This document shows, piece by piece, positions 10,643 through 18,575 of a stretch of DNA of 64,000 nt. Under the pieces are notes generated by a model, which saw nothing but the letters and a program-made list of their open reading frames with translations, was not told the DNA's origin and did not search any database. Made by a program: the position numbers and the translations under genes. Source of the DNA: an uncultured virus (IMG/VR IMGVR_UViG_2585427945_000001). Lineage: Duplodnaviria; Heunggongvirae; Uroviricota; Caudoviricetes. The stretch lies in IMG/VR virus record IMGVR_UViG_2585427945_000001; one strand, 5' to 3'. Within the stretch, counting starts at the first letter, position 1. Every line of letters starts with the position of its first letter.

Positions 10643-10718
10643 TGGAGCCCCGGCGACGTCAGCGAGTGGGCATACGGACAGAATCCGTCGTCGCTCTCGC
10701 AGAGCGGTCCACCGGGGC
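10643..10718 (-). ncRNA. 76-nt tRNA-sized, CCA-ended non-canonical structured RNA
   Basis: GCCCCGG/CCGGGGC stem followed by UCCA; internal hairpins CGCUC/GAGCG and ACGGA/UCCGU; no T-loop; sits between tRNA-Ser and tRNA-Pro. Confidence 0.55.
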
Positions 10719-10721
10719 TTG

Positions 10722-10804
10722 CGGAAGGTGGAGGAGTCGAACCTCCAACGGGTTGCCCCGTGACGCTTTTCGAGAGCGCTTGGCGTGCCAATGCCCAACC
10801 TTCC
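10722..10804 (-). tRNA. tRNA-Ser(CGA)
   Basis: GGAAGGU/ACCUUCC-G acceptor; anticodon loop CUCGAAA; long variable arm; GGUUCGACUCC. Confidence 0.9.
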
Positions 10805-10900
10805 AACGCGTGGGTGTCTCGGCCTGCCAGCGGCGTCAACTAACTGCCTGCCCACGCTCAGGCGTCCCGGCTTTCAATGCGTCTGGCACGCTACGGGCAG

Positions 10901-10972
10901 CTCCCCACCGAGGATTCGAACCTCGTCCTCCAGGTCCAGGGCCTGGCGTGCTGCCGATTAGACCAGCGGGGA
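10901..10972 (-). tRNA. tRNA-Gln(CUG), atypical C33
   Basis: UCCCCGC/GUGGGGA-G acceptor; anticodon arm CCAGG-CCCUGGA-CCUGG; GGUUCGAAUCC. Confidence 0.88.
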
Positions 10973-10977
10973 TCAAG

Positions 10978-11049
10978 CTGACGTGGCAGGGTTCGAACCT
11001 GCGACCCGCGGATTAACAATCCGCTGCTCTGCCACTGAGCTACACGTCA
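10978..11049 (-). tRNA. tRNA-Asn(GUU)
   Basis: UGACGUG/CACGUCA-G acceptor; GCGGA-UUGUUAA-UCCGC; T-loop present. Confidence 0.95.
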
Positions 11050-11170
11050 AGGATGCTGTCCGGGTCCCGCCGTCGGACAGCGCTGCGGAGGGTCGCCCAG
11101 GGTGCGTATCCCTTGCTCGTCCGCTACATCGGCCGCGCGCTAGCTAGTCGCAGCACGGGACGGCCCTACG

Positions 11171-11242
11171 TACCCCCACGGAGACTCGAACTCCGTTCCC
11201 CGGGGCGAAAACCCGGTGTCCTAGCCCATGGACGATGGGGGC
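11171..11242 (-). tRNA. tRNA-Glu(UUC)
   Basis: GCCCCCA/UGGGGGU-A acceptor; CCGGG-UUUUCGC-CCCGG; T-loop present. Confidence 0.92.
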
Positions 11243-11247
11243 TTGCG

Positions 11248-11320
11248 TGTCCGTGGTGGGGATCGAACCCACGATCTTCAGGTTGAGAACCTGACGAGAT
11301 AACCGCTACTCCACACGGAC
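11248..11320 (-). tRNA. tRNA-Glu(CUC)
   Basis: GUCCGUG/CACGGAC-A acceptor; UCAGG-UUCUCAA-CCUGA; GGUUCGAUCCC. Confidence 0.88.
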
Positions 11321-11480
11321 AAGTGGCGTCGGCCGGCTGTGCTGAATGCCTCCAGGAAGACGACCGTCCGCCTCCCCGCCGTCCGTGGACGACGAGGTAC
11401 CGGGGAGCTACCCCGGTGACGACCCACCTGGCGTGCCAGGGCTGCGAGGAGCGCACTCCGCGGCGGTGCAAGGTCGTCAG

Positions 11481-11555
11481 TGGTCCTGGAAGGATTCGAA
11501 CCTCCGACGCCCGGGTTCGTAACCCGGTGCTCTATCCAGACTGAGCTACAAGACC
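11481..11555 (-). tRNA. tRNA-Arg(ACG)
   Basis: GGUCUUG/CAGGACC-A acceptor; CCGGG-UUACGAA-CCCGG; T-loop present. Confidence 0.95.
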
Positions 11556-11655
11556 TTGACGTCGCGAACCAGGGGTTCACCTGGGACCACGCCCTCTATG
11601 CGGCATCACGCGCTCTCACAATCCGCGCTCGCTTTCGAACCCTCCACACAGCTTG

Positions 11656-11726
11656 TCCCTCCGCCCGGAGTCGAACCGGGATCAGCGCGACCACAACGCG
11701 CGGCTCTGCCATTGAGCTACGAAAGG
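11656..11726 (-). tRNA. tRNA-His(GUG), lacking G-1/C73
   Basis: CCUUUCG/CGGAGGG-A acceptor; GCGCG-UUGUGGU-CGCGC; GGUUCGACUCC. Confidence 0.85.
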
Positions 11727-11985
11727 TGTGTGACGTCAGAGGCTGGCTCCCGGTCGCCAATCGGCGGGTCCGGCAGTGCGTGACGTCCTCCCCCGCCGAT
11801 ACAGGGACCGTTCCGGCTCGTGCGTCCGGGCAGTGTGATCGTCGGCGGGGAGTCTTGGACAGCCGGGGCGCTCAACCGCGCTCAACGCAGGAGGAGAGTT
11901 CCACGGAGCGCAGGAGCGCCACCGGCTGTCGGGGAGGGTCGGACGCCGCGCCATTCGCCGGCGTCGCGTTTTCCCTCCTACACTA

Positions 11986-12007
11986 GTTATGGAGGAAGTG
12001 TTTCACG
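11986..12007 (-). promoter_or_regulatory. Phage-specific promoter motif, short-spacer variant, upstream of the RNA array
   Basis: CGTGAAAC-N4-CCTCCATAAC, versus N14 in the other four copies. Confidence 0.6.
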
Positions 12008-12023
12008 GTAATGATCTTGGTCC

Positions 12024-12150
12024 GCCTCCTCCTCTCCGGGCCAGTCTGGACAGAAAGGCAAACTAGACCCCTATTTCTATCTCTTCCTAACGCGCGAAGG
12101 GTTAGATAGAAATAAGGGTCTAGTTCGTCAAATTGGCCAGACTGACCAGC
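12024..12150. repeat. 127-bp AT-rich imperfect palindrome, copy 1 (identical to 40247-40373)
   Basis: Base-by-base match to copy 2; inner arms aactagacccctatttctatct / agatagaaataagggtctagtt. Confidence 0.95.
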
Positions 12151-12322
12151 CTACCGCTACGCAAAGCGACCAACTACCGCCTACCGATCACTCCGTGGAG
12201 TTATCCACAGCCACCCTGTGGACGGCGGAGGGCTGCGGGCGACGAGGAGGTGGGCGACGAGGGCGGCGACGGGACGGGGTCCTGGGCCCGATATCCCGCC
12301 CAGTCTGTTACCAACCCGTTAT

Positions 12323-13945
12323 CTACAACCTTGCCTGGTAGGCCGCATCCTCCAGCGCATCGGCCTCCGGGTCGACGTGGATCCCGATCTCGAACGTCAG
12401 TCGCTCCTCAACCGGCGCTCTCCAGCGCTCAGGCGGCCACACAGTGACCCGCACACCCGCCTCCTGGAGCATGCTCCTGCGGGCCATGCGGTCGTGAGTT
12501 TCGTGCCAGTCGTCGGCCCAGGTGGTATCCAACTCGACGACCTTCTCCTGGGCGGGGACGACGGGGAGTCGCTCCAACTCCTCCAGCCGGTCGGAGCGTG
12601 CTTGCAACTGCTTCATCACGACGTCCGCGGCCGGCCCACGCAGGTGCCCCAGCCGGCTCGCCAGCTCTTCGACGTCGGCCGCCAGGTCCGCGATCTCCGC
12701 CCGGTGGTCGACGCCCGGCACCCGCACCACCTGCGTGCGGCGGAAGGGGCCCATGTGCGCGAGGAACTGCTCTTCCACGTACGCGTTGACGCCCGCGGCT
12801 TGGATGCTGAGCGCAGGTACCCCCTTGGCGTGCTGCTTGCCGTGGCAGCGGAACACCTCCTTCTTGACGCCCGCCCTGCTCCCCTTCTTCTCCCGGTACC
12901 AGTTGACGAACATGTTCTGCTCACAGACTCCGCAGACGAGAACACCCAGCAGCGGATGCCCGTCCTTGCGTCGTGGTGCGCTGCTGCCCGTGGCGAGTGT
13001 CTTGAGGGCGTCTTGCAGCCGGTACCACGTGTCGTCGTCAATGAGTGCCTCCCCCTGGAGTACCGGGGAGCCGTCTGCGTTGCGGACGACCGTGCCGTCC
13101 CGCTTGACGAGGTGCCCCCGCATGACCGGTGAGAGGAGCATGTCCCGTACGACGGTGAGCTGCCAGGTGCTCTCCGGGTCGGCCTTCCGGGGCGGCGTGG
13201 CGAGCATGGCCCGGTGGTTCTTCGGAGTGATGGCCTCCATCCCCTCCAGCCATCGCAGGATCTCGCTGTAGTTACGCCCGGCAATGGCACGGGCGACCAT
13301 GGAGCGGCGGATGTCCGCGGTGGACTTGGCGGGGTCCTCGGGGTCCTCGTGGACGAAGAGCCACCACCCCTCGTTGTCGTCGGCGAACGTTCGCCGACCC
13401 GGCTTGTAGCCGTAGGGGACGACGCCACCGGGCCACCTGCCGAGCGACTGGAGGTGCGCGGCGGCGCCCTGGTTGCGCTCCATGATGGTCTGGCCTTCGA
13501 GCTGAGCGGCGAAGGCGAGAATGAGCATGATGAGTTCGGACATGGGTGACGAGAAGTCAAGTTCCAGCTTGTCACCGCCAGGGCCCGACGCGAAGACGAG
13601 GCGCTTCCCGTGCTGTTTGGCGTAGCGGCCGAGATCGGCCATGTCCGCCATGGACCGTACCGCGCGGTCCATACGCTGCCAGATGAGGACGTCCCATTCG
13701 TCGGGGCGGTCCAGCCAGTAACGCAGCTCCTCACGCTCCCACGGAGTCGTCTTGAGGGCAGAGACGTCCAGGTCTTTCGCCCATCCGACGAACGTTCCGC
13801 CCATGCGGGTGCCGGTGGCCGTGACCGTCTCCTCCTGGACTTCCGGCGACGTCGACGCGTCGGTGTAGCGGCTGATCCGGAGGGCTCCAACGATGCGGAG
13901 CGCGTGGGCTGTTGAGTTCTCACGCCGTGGCGCGGGTAGGTTCAT
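12323..13945 (-). CDS. int: Large serine recombinase (integrase)
   Basis: Catalytic motif LRIS..S..SPEVQ, D.DVSA, WQRMDRAVR, recombinase domain, Zn ribbon LLGVLVCGVC and a coiled coil. Confidence 0.95.
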   Translation of the reverse strand: MNLPAPRRENSTAHALRIVGALRISRYTDASTSPEVQEETVTATGTRMGGTFVGWAKDLDVSALKTTPWEREELRYWLDRPDEWDVLIWQRMDRAVRSMADMADLGRYAKQHGKRLVFASGPGGDKLELDFSSPMSELIMLILAFAAQLEGQTIMERNQGAAAHLQSLGRWPGGVVPYGYKPGRRTFADDNEGWWLFVHEDPEDPAKSTADIRRSMVARAIAGRNYSEILRWLEGMEAITPKNHRAMLATPPRKADPESTWQLTVVRDMLLSPVMRGHLVKRDGTVVRNADGSPVLQGEALIDDDTWYRLQDALKTLATGSSAPRRKDGHPLLGVLVCGVCEQNMFVNWYREKKGSRAGVKKEVFRCHGKQHAKGVPALSIQAAGVNAYVEEQFLAHMGPFRRTQVVRVPGVDHRAEIADLAADVEELASRLGHLRGPAADVVMKQLQARSDRLEELERLPVVPAQEKVVELDTTWADDWHETHDRMARRSMLQEAGVRVTVWPPERWRAPVEERLTFEIGIHVDPEADALEDAAYQARL

Positions 13946-13950
13946 GCGTC

Positions 13951-14000
13951 ACATGATAGTCAGGTCGGTTGGCGTGTTCCAACCCCAGCGACGTACATGT
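13951..14000. other. Putative attP overlapping the int promoter
   Basis: 50-bp imperfect dyad (ACATG..GTC..GGTTGG / CCAACC..GAC..CATGT) centred on TG at 13975-13976, 5 bp from the int ATG. Confidence 0.65.
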
Positions 14001-14138
14001 CACTCTTTCGTGTCTGGACCCAGAAGAGCCCCGCCTCCCACCTGGGGAAACGGGGCTCACGGGCTGCGGAGGCGGTATGTCGACCTCACCCCGCAGCCCT
14101 CCGCACGCCACCGGCCGATACCTGGCAGCGCACGGGGT

Positions 14139-14387
14139 CTAGGGGGTAGGCGGCTGCGTGGCCTCGCCTTCGCGCACGACGAAGGCAAGCCCAGTGACAG
14201 TCCGCTTGAACTGACGGTGGCCACTTCTCCCGGCGTGCTCCATGCACAGGACGTCGATCGTCTCGCCGGACGGCGACGGAGTGGGATTCCATCCACACGA
14301 CGTGCAGCGCGCGGTGTACGTCGAAGGGATGTCCGGATGCGTGACGATCCTGTGAACGAGGCTGCGGATGATTGTGCGGGGGCTCAC
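14139..14387 (-). CDS. Small Cys/His-containing hypothetical protein
   Basis: CxxC and a C..H...GH motif; overlaps the upstream ORF (GTGA). Confidence 0.7.
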   Translation of the reverse strand: MSPRTIIRSLVHRIVTHPDIPSTYTARCTSCGWNPTPSPSGETIDVLCMEHAGRSGHRQFKRTVTGLAFVVREGEATQPPTP

Positions 14388-14584
14388 TGGCCGCTCACCG
14401 CCCGGACGGCCGGCACGAGCCGTCGTACGTCCCGGCAGGGAGCGCAGGCGTACATCCGCCGCTCAGTGCCGTTCTCCTGCGTCTCGATTTTCATCAGGAT
14501 CGCCGTTCCCGACGGCCCATGGTGCCAGTCGCACCATCCGTAGGACGGCTCCAGGAATGAGGGGTGGACGATAGGCTTTGCCAT
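14384..14584 (-). CDS. Small Zn-finger hypothetical protein
   Basis: WCDWH...YACAPC; divergent from the GntR gene. Confidence 0.7.
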   Translation of the reverse strand: MAKPIVHPSFLEPSYGWCDWHHGPSGTAILMKIETQENGTERRMYACAPCRDVRRLVPAVRAVSGQ

Positions 14585-14704
14585 GTCGGCGCTCCTACTC
14601 AGCGTTGGCCACGCCCCCGGACGGTGACCGCCGTCGCGGGGGTCTTCTAGGTGTACAGCATGCTATAGAACACTACGGCAGTCTATCGCTCGCACTGGCG
14701 TACC

Positions 14705-14980
14705 ATGATCATCTACGGTCCCGCTGTGAGTATCGAGTTGGACGCGACGCGGCCCAAGTGGCGACAGGTAGCTGACATCCTTCGCGCGCGCATCGTCGGT
14801 GGAACCTACCCGCCCGGCTCCCGCGTCCCATCCGTCGTTGCACTCACGGGCGAGTTCGGAATCGCGGCCGTCACCGCACAGAAGGTCATGCGGGCACTTC
14901 GCGAAGAGGGCTGGATCCGTACGGAGGCCGGGATGGGGTCGTACGTCATGGACCGTCCTCCCCGTGCTTCGTCGAAATGA
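14705..14980 (+). CDS. GntR-family winged-HTH regulator
   Basis: KWRQVADILRARI..GTYPPGSRVPS...EFGIA..TAQK...LREEG....G.GSYV. Confidence 0.9.
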   Translation: MIIYGPAVSIELDATRPKWRQVADILRARIVGGTYPPGSRVPSVVALTGEFGIAAVTAQKVMRALREEGWIRTEAGMGSYVMDRPPRASSK

Positions 14981-15089
14981 ACACGCCCATCGTCCATCAC
15001 TCGCAGGGACGAGGTTGCAGACATTCCAGGGACACCTTGGACGGACGCTGATACCGTCCGAAGCGTCCTAACCGTCCCCGGGGGTCCTC

Positions 15090-15827
15090 TTGAACACCGC
15101 GCTCCGTGATGCTCTGTCAGTCGCAAGAATGAGCCAGTCCGCCCTTGCCCGTACTGTCGGCGTCGCTCCCAAGACGGTGGAAAGATGGGTGTCGGACGAA
15201 TCCCGGGCTCCACACCCGAGCACGCGGGAGGACGTAGCGAGCGCGCTGGGAGTGGGAGCCGACATGCTGTGGCCGCGAGCCGTACGGGACGTCGTCAAGA
15301 CGGGCCCGGAGCGGGAGATCGTCGACGCCTACCCGTACCGAAACGCCTGCCCGACGTCCGTGTGGAGCCGACTGATCGATTCAGCGGAGAAGGACATCAC
15401 CTTCGCCGGCTACACGAACTACTTCCTGTGGCAGGAGCAGTCCCGCCTTGCCGACCGCCTGAAGACCAAGGCGTCGGCCGGGTGCGCAGTCCGCTTCCTG
15501 ATCGGCGACCCCGCGAGCGATGTCACACGGCGCCGGGAGGACGTCGAAGGCGTCCCCCTGACGGTCGGTACGCGCATCAGGATCACCCTGGACGCTCTCC
15601 AACGCATGGGTGCCGTGGAGGGCCTGGAGGCGCGCTTCAGCGACGACCACATCGCGCTGTCCGTCTTCTCCTTCGATGACGAGATGTTGGTGACGCCGCA
15701 CCTTTCGTCGCTCCTCGGTCACGAGTCGCCCATGCTGCACCTGCGCCGGCTCGGTGACGACGGACTGTTCGACCGGTTCGCCGGGCACGTAACGGCGCTG
15801 TGGGCTGAGGGACGCCCGGTCGGCTGA
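15090..15827 (+). CDS. XRE-family HTH regulator with C-terminal PLD-like/effector domain
   Basis: N-terminal HTH MSQSALARTVGVAPKTVERW; C-terminal SVFSFDDEMLVTPHL. Confidence 0.85.
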   Translation: MNTALRDALSVARMSQSALARTVGVAPKTVERWVSDESRAPHPSTREDVASALGVGADMLWPRAVRDVVKTGPEREIVDAYPYRNACPTSVWSRLIDSAEKDITFAGYTNYFLWQEQSRLADRLKTKASAGCAVRFLIGDPASDVTRRREDVEGVPLTVGTRIRITLDALQRMGAVEGLEARFSDDHIALSVFSFDDEMLVTPHLSSLLGHESPMLHLRRLGDDGLFDRFAGHVTALWAEGRPVG

Positions 15828-16035
15828 CGACGGTTGGCAACGCAGAAAGCCCCCGCCGGCGTGCGACGAGGGCTCTCAGGTGGTGCTCTACTTTGTACGC
15901 GCCGCCTCCACGGTTTTCCTGCACGTCGGGCACAGAGGGTTCGCTCCGTGTCCGTAGCGGGTCGTGGGCTGGCGGCATCTGGCGCACGGGCCGGTCTGGG
16001 TGCTCATGGGGCGAGGCTACTGCGCGAGGCGTAGC

Positions 16036-16554
16036 TCAGTCCTTCACCCCACAGTCGCAGTCCCACGACCAGCGTCCGCCGTCCCGGAGCTTGCACGAAG
16101 GCGCGTGCCGAAGGATTTCGACCGTGCCCTCCGCTACTCGCTGGAGCATGCTGGCCGCGGAGTCCTCGATGGTGTCGGTCTCGTAGCCGGGGAAGTCGTC
16201 CGCCTGAGCGGCGAGCACCTTGAACGCCTCGCGGATCTCCTCGCGCACGATGGCGCGGACCTCGTCAGCGGTGATCGTGCTCGGCTCCTCGGTTGGCCTG
16301 TCGACGGGCGTGCACCACGTCAGCCCCTCGTCTTCGTGCTCGATGTGGGTGTCCTCGGTGCCGGAGTCGTGCCCCACCGGCCGCCGGCACACGACGTCGA
16401 TGCTCTCCGCGTCGGGCCAGAGAACGGCGTGCTGGCCGCAGACGGGGCCGACAGGCTTGGGCGGTATGACGTTCACGGGCGGGCTTGCCAGGCGCTCAGC
16501 GCGACGCTGGGCAGCTCGCTCCACCCAGTCAAACTGGGGTGCACTGATCGTCAT
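16036..16554 (-). CDS. Hypothetical protein
   Basis: GAGGAG RBS and phage-like codon usage. Confidence 0.7.
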   Translation of the reverse strand: MTISAPQFDWVERAAQRRAERLASPPVNVIPPKPVGPVCGQHAVLWPDAESIDVVCRRPVGHDSGTEDTHIEHEDEGLTWCTPVDRPTEEPSTITADEVRAIVREEIREAFKVLAAQADDFPGYETDTIEDSAASMLQRVAEGTVEILRHAPSCKLRDGGRWSWDCDCGVKD

Positions 16555-16563
16555 GACCTCTCC

Positions 16564-17313
16564 TCAAACCCCGACGCTCGGCCGGCTCTTGTTAAACACT
16601 GTGTGGCACTCACGCAGGTCGACGTACACCCGACGTGGCTCGTCACCCTGGTACTTCTTCAGCCGTCCGGCGTTGGCGGCCCCGCGGATGGTGACCTCCG
16701 ACAGGTCGAACGCCTCCGCAGCCTCTGCGTACGTCACGAGGACGGGCCTCTCCGGCTCTTCCATGGGCTTCGGGGGCTCGTGGGTCACCGGCTCCTCCGC
16801 GGGCGCCTCAGTGGCCTCCTGGGGCCCCTCAGCAGGCGCCTCGCGCTCCTCGTCGACGTCGGCCGGGGCGTCCAGCTCCAACGGCGGGTCGATGTGGAGG
16901 ACGTGAGCAGCCACCAACGGCGGAACGGCACTGACGATGATGACGACCCACGCCTGAACGCCCGTTGCCCCCGTGGTCAACACATGTTCCGCCACCTGAG
17001 CAGCCGTTGCCATAAGGAGCGCCGTCAGGGCACCGACCGTTGCGTTCTTCGAACGGCGTTTGGCCTCCGCCTCCTGCGGCGTTCCCGCGGCCTCCCGCGC
17101 CGTTGTCTTCTGTGCCTTGGCGACGCTCGCTCCGATCGCCGCGTAGAGCGAGAGAACGGCCGGCATCAGCCAGGCAACGCGCGGGTCCCAGCCCGCCATC
17201 TGCGCGAGGGCGTACTCGCCGGGGGCGGAGAGCGCCAGGGCGGCGTAGAGAACGGTCTGCTGGCCGTACTTGCGGGCGGCTCTGACGTGCCAGGGGGTCG
17301 ATGTGGCGGTCAT
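16564..17313 (-). CDS. Multi-pass membrane protein with C-terminal HTH (SpdA/DUF2637-like)
   Basis: About 4 hydrophobic segments, an acidic linker, and HTH VTYAEAAEAFDLSEVTIRGAA. Confidence 0.7.
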   Translation of the reverse strand: MTATSTPWHVRAARKYGQQTVLYAALALSAPGEYALAQMAGWDPRVAWLMPAVLSLYAAIGASVAKAQKTTAREAAGTPQEAEAKRRSKNATVGALTALLMATAAQVAEHVLTTGATGVQAWVVIIVSAVPPLVAAHVLHIDPPLELDAPADVDEEREAPAEGPQEATEAPAEEPVTHEPPKPMEEPERPVLVTYAEAAEAFDLSEVTIRGAANAGRLKKYQGDEPRRVYVDLRECHTVFNKSRPSVGV

Positions 17314-17351
17314 CGTGTCCTCTCTCTCGTGGAACGGGGTGGTGATGCGGG

Positions 17352-17386
17352 CGGAACCCCTGCCGCCTCTACTGGCAGGGGTTCCG
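17352..17386 (-). terminator. Hairpin with GUAGAGG loop
   Basis: cggaacccctgcc-gcctctact-ggcaggggttccg. Confidence 0.65.
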
Positions 17387-17401
17387 AGGGCGCCGTGCTC
17401 C

Positions 17402-17635
17402 TCAGTCGCGGAGGGCGCGAACCATGGAGCGGGCGATCAGGAAGGCGCGCCGGCTGTCGCTCAGGCGGTACATGGAGCGGGCGGCCTCCGTCACGGTGAT
17501 GCGGTCGATGCCGATCAGCGGACGGTCGGAGTCGGCGAAGTCGACGATGGTGGGGTAGTGGTTGCGAGCGCCGGCGGGGGCGGGGGTGTAGGTCTTGCCG
17601 TTCAGGGTGACGATGCCGGTGTCGGGGTTGAACAT
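17402..17635 (-). CDS. Hypothetical protein under its own promoter
   Basis: AGGAGG RBS; downstream of the duplicated promoter/operator cassette. Confidence 0.7.
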   Translation of the reverse strand: MFNPDTGIVTLNGKTYTPAPAGARNHYPTIVDFADSDRPLIGIDRITVTEAARSMYRLSDSRRAFLIARSMVRALRD

Positions 17636-17672
17636 GTCGGCCTCCTGGTCCGTGAGCTCCTTGCGTGACTCG

Positions 17673-17726
17673 ACTATGGCACACATATGTCGCTCGACAC
17701 AACTCCCACGCAAGTCGACTTACGTG
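17673..17726 (-). promoter_or_regulatory. Promoter/operator cassette, copy 1 (about 52 bp repeated at 19065-19118)
   Basis: 20-bp operator, TTGTGT-N18-CATAGT, and the TGTCGNNCGACA dyad. Confidence 0.7.
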
Positions 17727-18547
17727 ACTCGCCGCAGCAGGGTGAACCCCGTCCCGCTCCCCTCGCACGTCTGGAGGACGAGGTCCGGCGCCCCGTCGAA
17801 GTCCGGGATGCTTCCGCCCTGCCGGTTGAGCCGCTGGTGTCCGTAGACCTCGTACGAGCCCGCCAGGGGGCCCCGAATGATGTGCACCGTGCGGCCGACG
17901 GGGACACGGGAGAGCCACTGGTAGCCGTCGAAGTTGTGGCCGGCGAGGATGTTCCCGGCGTACATCGTCAGCGTGCCGGCGTCAATGCACTCCTGAGCGT
18001 GGCCCGTGCAATCCGTGTAGAAGCTGATCCGGATGTCCGCGGGCGGGGTGGCGATCGGGTGCGGCTTCGTCGGCGTCGTCGAGGGGTGGGCGACGGTCTC
18101 CTTCGCCAGCGCCTTGCGCTTCCCCGCGCGAGTCGTGTGCGGCGTAGGGCGAGGCCCCACGGTCGGGCGGTAGGGCTGGACGCCGGAGGAGCTGCGCGAG
18201 AAGTACGGGGCCGGCGTCATGGTGGGCGCCGGCTGGTCGGTGTTCGTCGACAGGACGACGGAGAGGGCCAGGGCCGTGGCGACCCCAGCGACGGTGGCTG
18301 CCGCGCGGACGGGCGCCTTCGAGGGACGGCCGGTGACGGCGAGCCTCTCCCGGATGATGATCGCCTCCTCCCCCACGTCGAACGTGACGGGGAACCAGCA
18401 TCCGCGGTCCAGGCTGTACGCCGACACCCAGACGCCTACCTCCTCGTCACCGATGATGGTCGCCACGTGGGCGAAGGGGGTCCCGACGATGTTGCACAGG
18501 ATGTCGTCGGGGCGGATCTCAGATGCGGGGATGGTGATGGGGTCCAT
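17720..18547 (-). CDS. Membrane-anchored protein with C-terminal sortase-like domain
   Basis: TM segment, Pro/Thr-rich linker, then GNILAGHN...YEV...LVLQTC. Confidence 0.7.
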   Translation of the reverse strand: MDPITIPASEIRPDDILCNIVGTPFAHVATIIGDEEVGVWVSAYSLDRGCWFPVTFDVGEEAIIIRERLAVTGRPSKAPVRAAATVAGVATALALSVVLSTNTDQPAPTMTPAPYFSRSSSGVQPYRPTVGPRPTPHTTRAGKRKALAKETVAHPSTTPTKPHPIATPPADIRISFYTDCTGHAQECIDAGTLTMYAGNILAGHNFDGYQWLSRVPVGRTVHIIRGPLAGSYEVYGHQRLNRQGGSIPDFDGAPDLVLQTCEGSGTGFTLLRRVT

Positions 18548-18575
18548 GAGGGTCTCCTGAGTGAAGGTCTTCGAG

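Noticed and set aside
10255..11986. ORFs overlapping the tRNA cluster
   Set aside because: They overlap clear tRNA cloverleaves and encode low-complexity sequences.
15964..17499. Long plus-strand ORFs (also 42995-44497, 48995-50278, 54945-56186 and others)
   Set aside because: They are antisense shadows of real minus-strand genes, expected in high-GC DNA, and have no recognisable domains.
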